A stretch of 64,000 bases of DNA from Carpediemonas membranifera BICM (taxonomy: Eukaryota; Protista; Fornicata): NCBI GenBank assembly GCA_019828565.1, contig JAHDYR010000053.1, forward strand, positions 470,214 through 534,213, in the 5' to 3' direction. Both the position numbers and the translations under genes were made by a program. A model generated the notes under the pieces. It did not search any database, was not told where the DNA came from, and saw only the letters and a program-made list of their open reading frames with translations. Positions 63,633 through 64,000 of the stretch are shown one piece after another. Every line of letters starts with the position of its first letter. Position 1 is the first letter of the stretch.

Positions 63633-64000
63633 ACAACGAATGATCAGGCCAGCTTTACTTAGGCGATGGGCACGGTGGTGATGGTGCTCTCCTGGGGCGT
63701 CGTCTTGGGGAAGGCCATCGTCAGGACGCCGTTCTCGTGGCGAGCGGTGCAGTTCTTGCCATCGACGTTGCCGGGCAGCTGGACGCAGCGGCGGTAGGAG
63801 CCGGCCTGACGCTCCATCAGGAAGTAGTTGGCCGTCTCGTCGCGGCGCTCGGTCTCCTGGCGCGTCTCGATCGTGAGAACGTTCTCGGCGGTCACGTTGA
63901 CGGTGATGTCATCCTTGGAGATGCCGGGCAGTTCCACCTGGACGGTGAGGTTCTTGTCGTCCTCGGTGATGTCCATGACGGGGCGCGAGATCGTGAGCGA
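63633..64000. repeat. Direct duplication of 61023-61390 (offset 2610 bp)
   Basis: No differences seen over 368 bp, including 26 nt past the stop codon. Confidence 0.95.
63659..64000 (-). CDS. Second HSP20 copy (5' part beyond the window)
   Basis: Identical to 61049-61390. Confidence 0.95.
   Translation of the reverse strand, partial: SLTISRPVMDITEDDKNLTVQVELPGISKDDITVNVTAENVLTIETRQETERRDETANYFLMERQAGSYRRCVQLPGNVDGKNCTARHENGVLTMAFPKTTPQESTITTVPIA

Overview
Gene-dense, GC-rich eukaryotic (protist) DNA with very short intergenic spacers and occasional 29-37 nt spliceosomal introns. Gene content (flagellar/centriolar genes, WRKY, SPINDLY) and layout would fit a free-living metamonad such as Carpediemonas, but that is inference. 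The left end holds the 3' half of a LINE-type retrotransposon (RT, CCHC, AATAAA plus CTCAAAAA tail). It appears inserted into the RNase H gene of a PAT/DIRS-like tyrosine-recombinase retrotransposon (RNase H, Dam-like MT, YR, 49-bp split direct repeats), which ends about 63 bp from a tRNA-Ile(UAU) gene. About 35 host genes follow, including WRKY, CK1/TTBK, TPX2-like, SPY, RPF1, RRP7, SGTA, NF-YB, cyclin B, PP4R3, VPS37, TTC25, Nup62-like, WRAP73, eIF2beta, C9orf72-like, RPS5, REEP, DNAJC3, Mei2-like, SARAF, PPase and two identical HSP20 copies. The most notable locus is at about 50.4-52.35 kb: a Fanzor (eukaryotic TnpB/Cas12-related RNA-guided nuclease) split across three ORF-track ORFs. It retains the RuvC D-E-D triad and is followed directly by a compact multi-hairpin sequence that is a candidate omegaRNA scaffold. 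It is flanked by a dispersed repeat (second copy at 16.6 kb) and an unusual TM-WNK kinase-WD40 gene.
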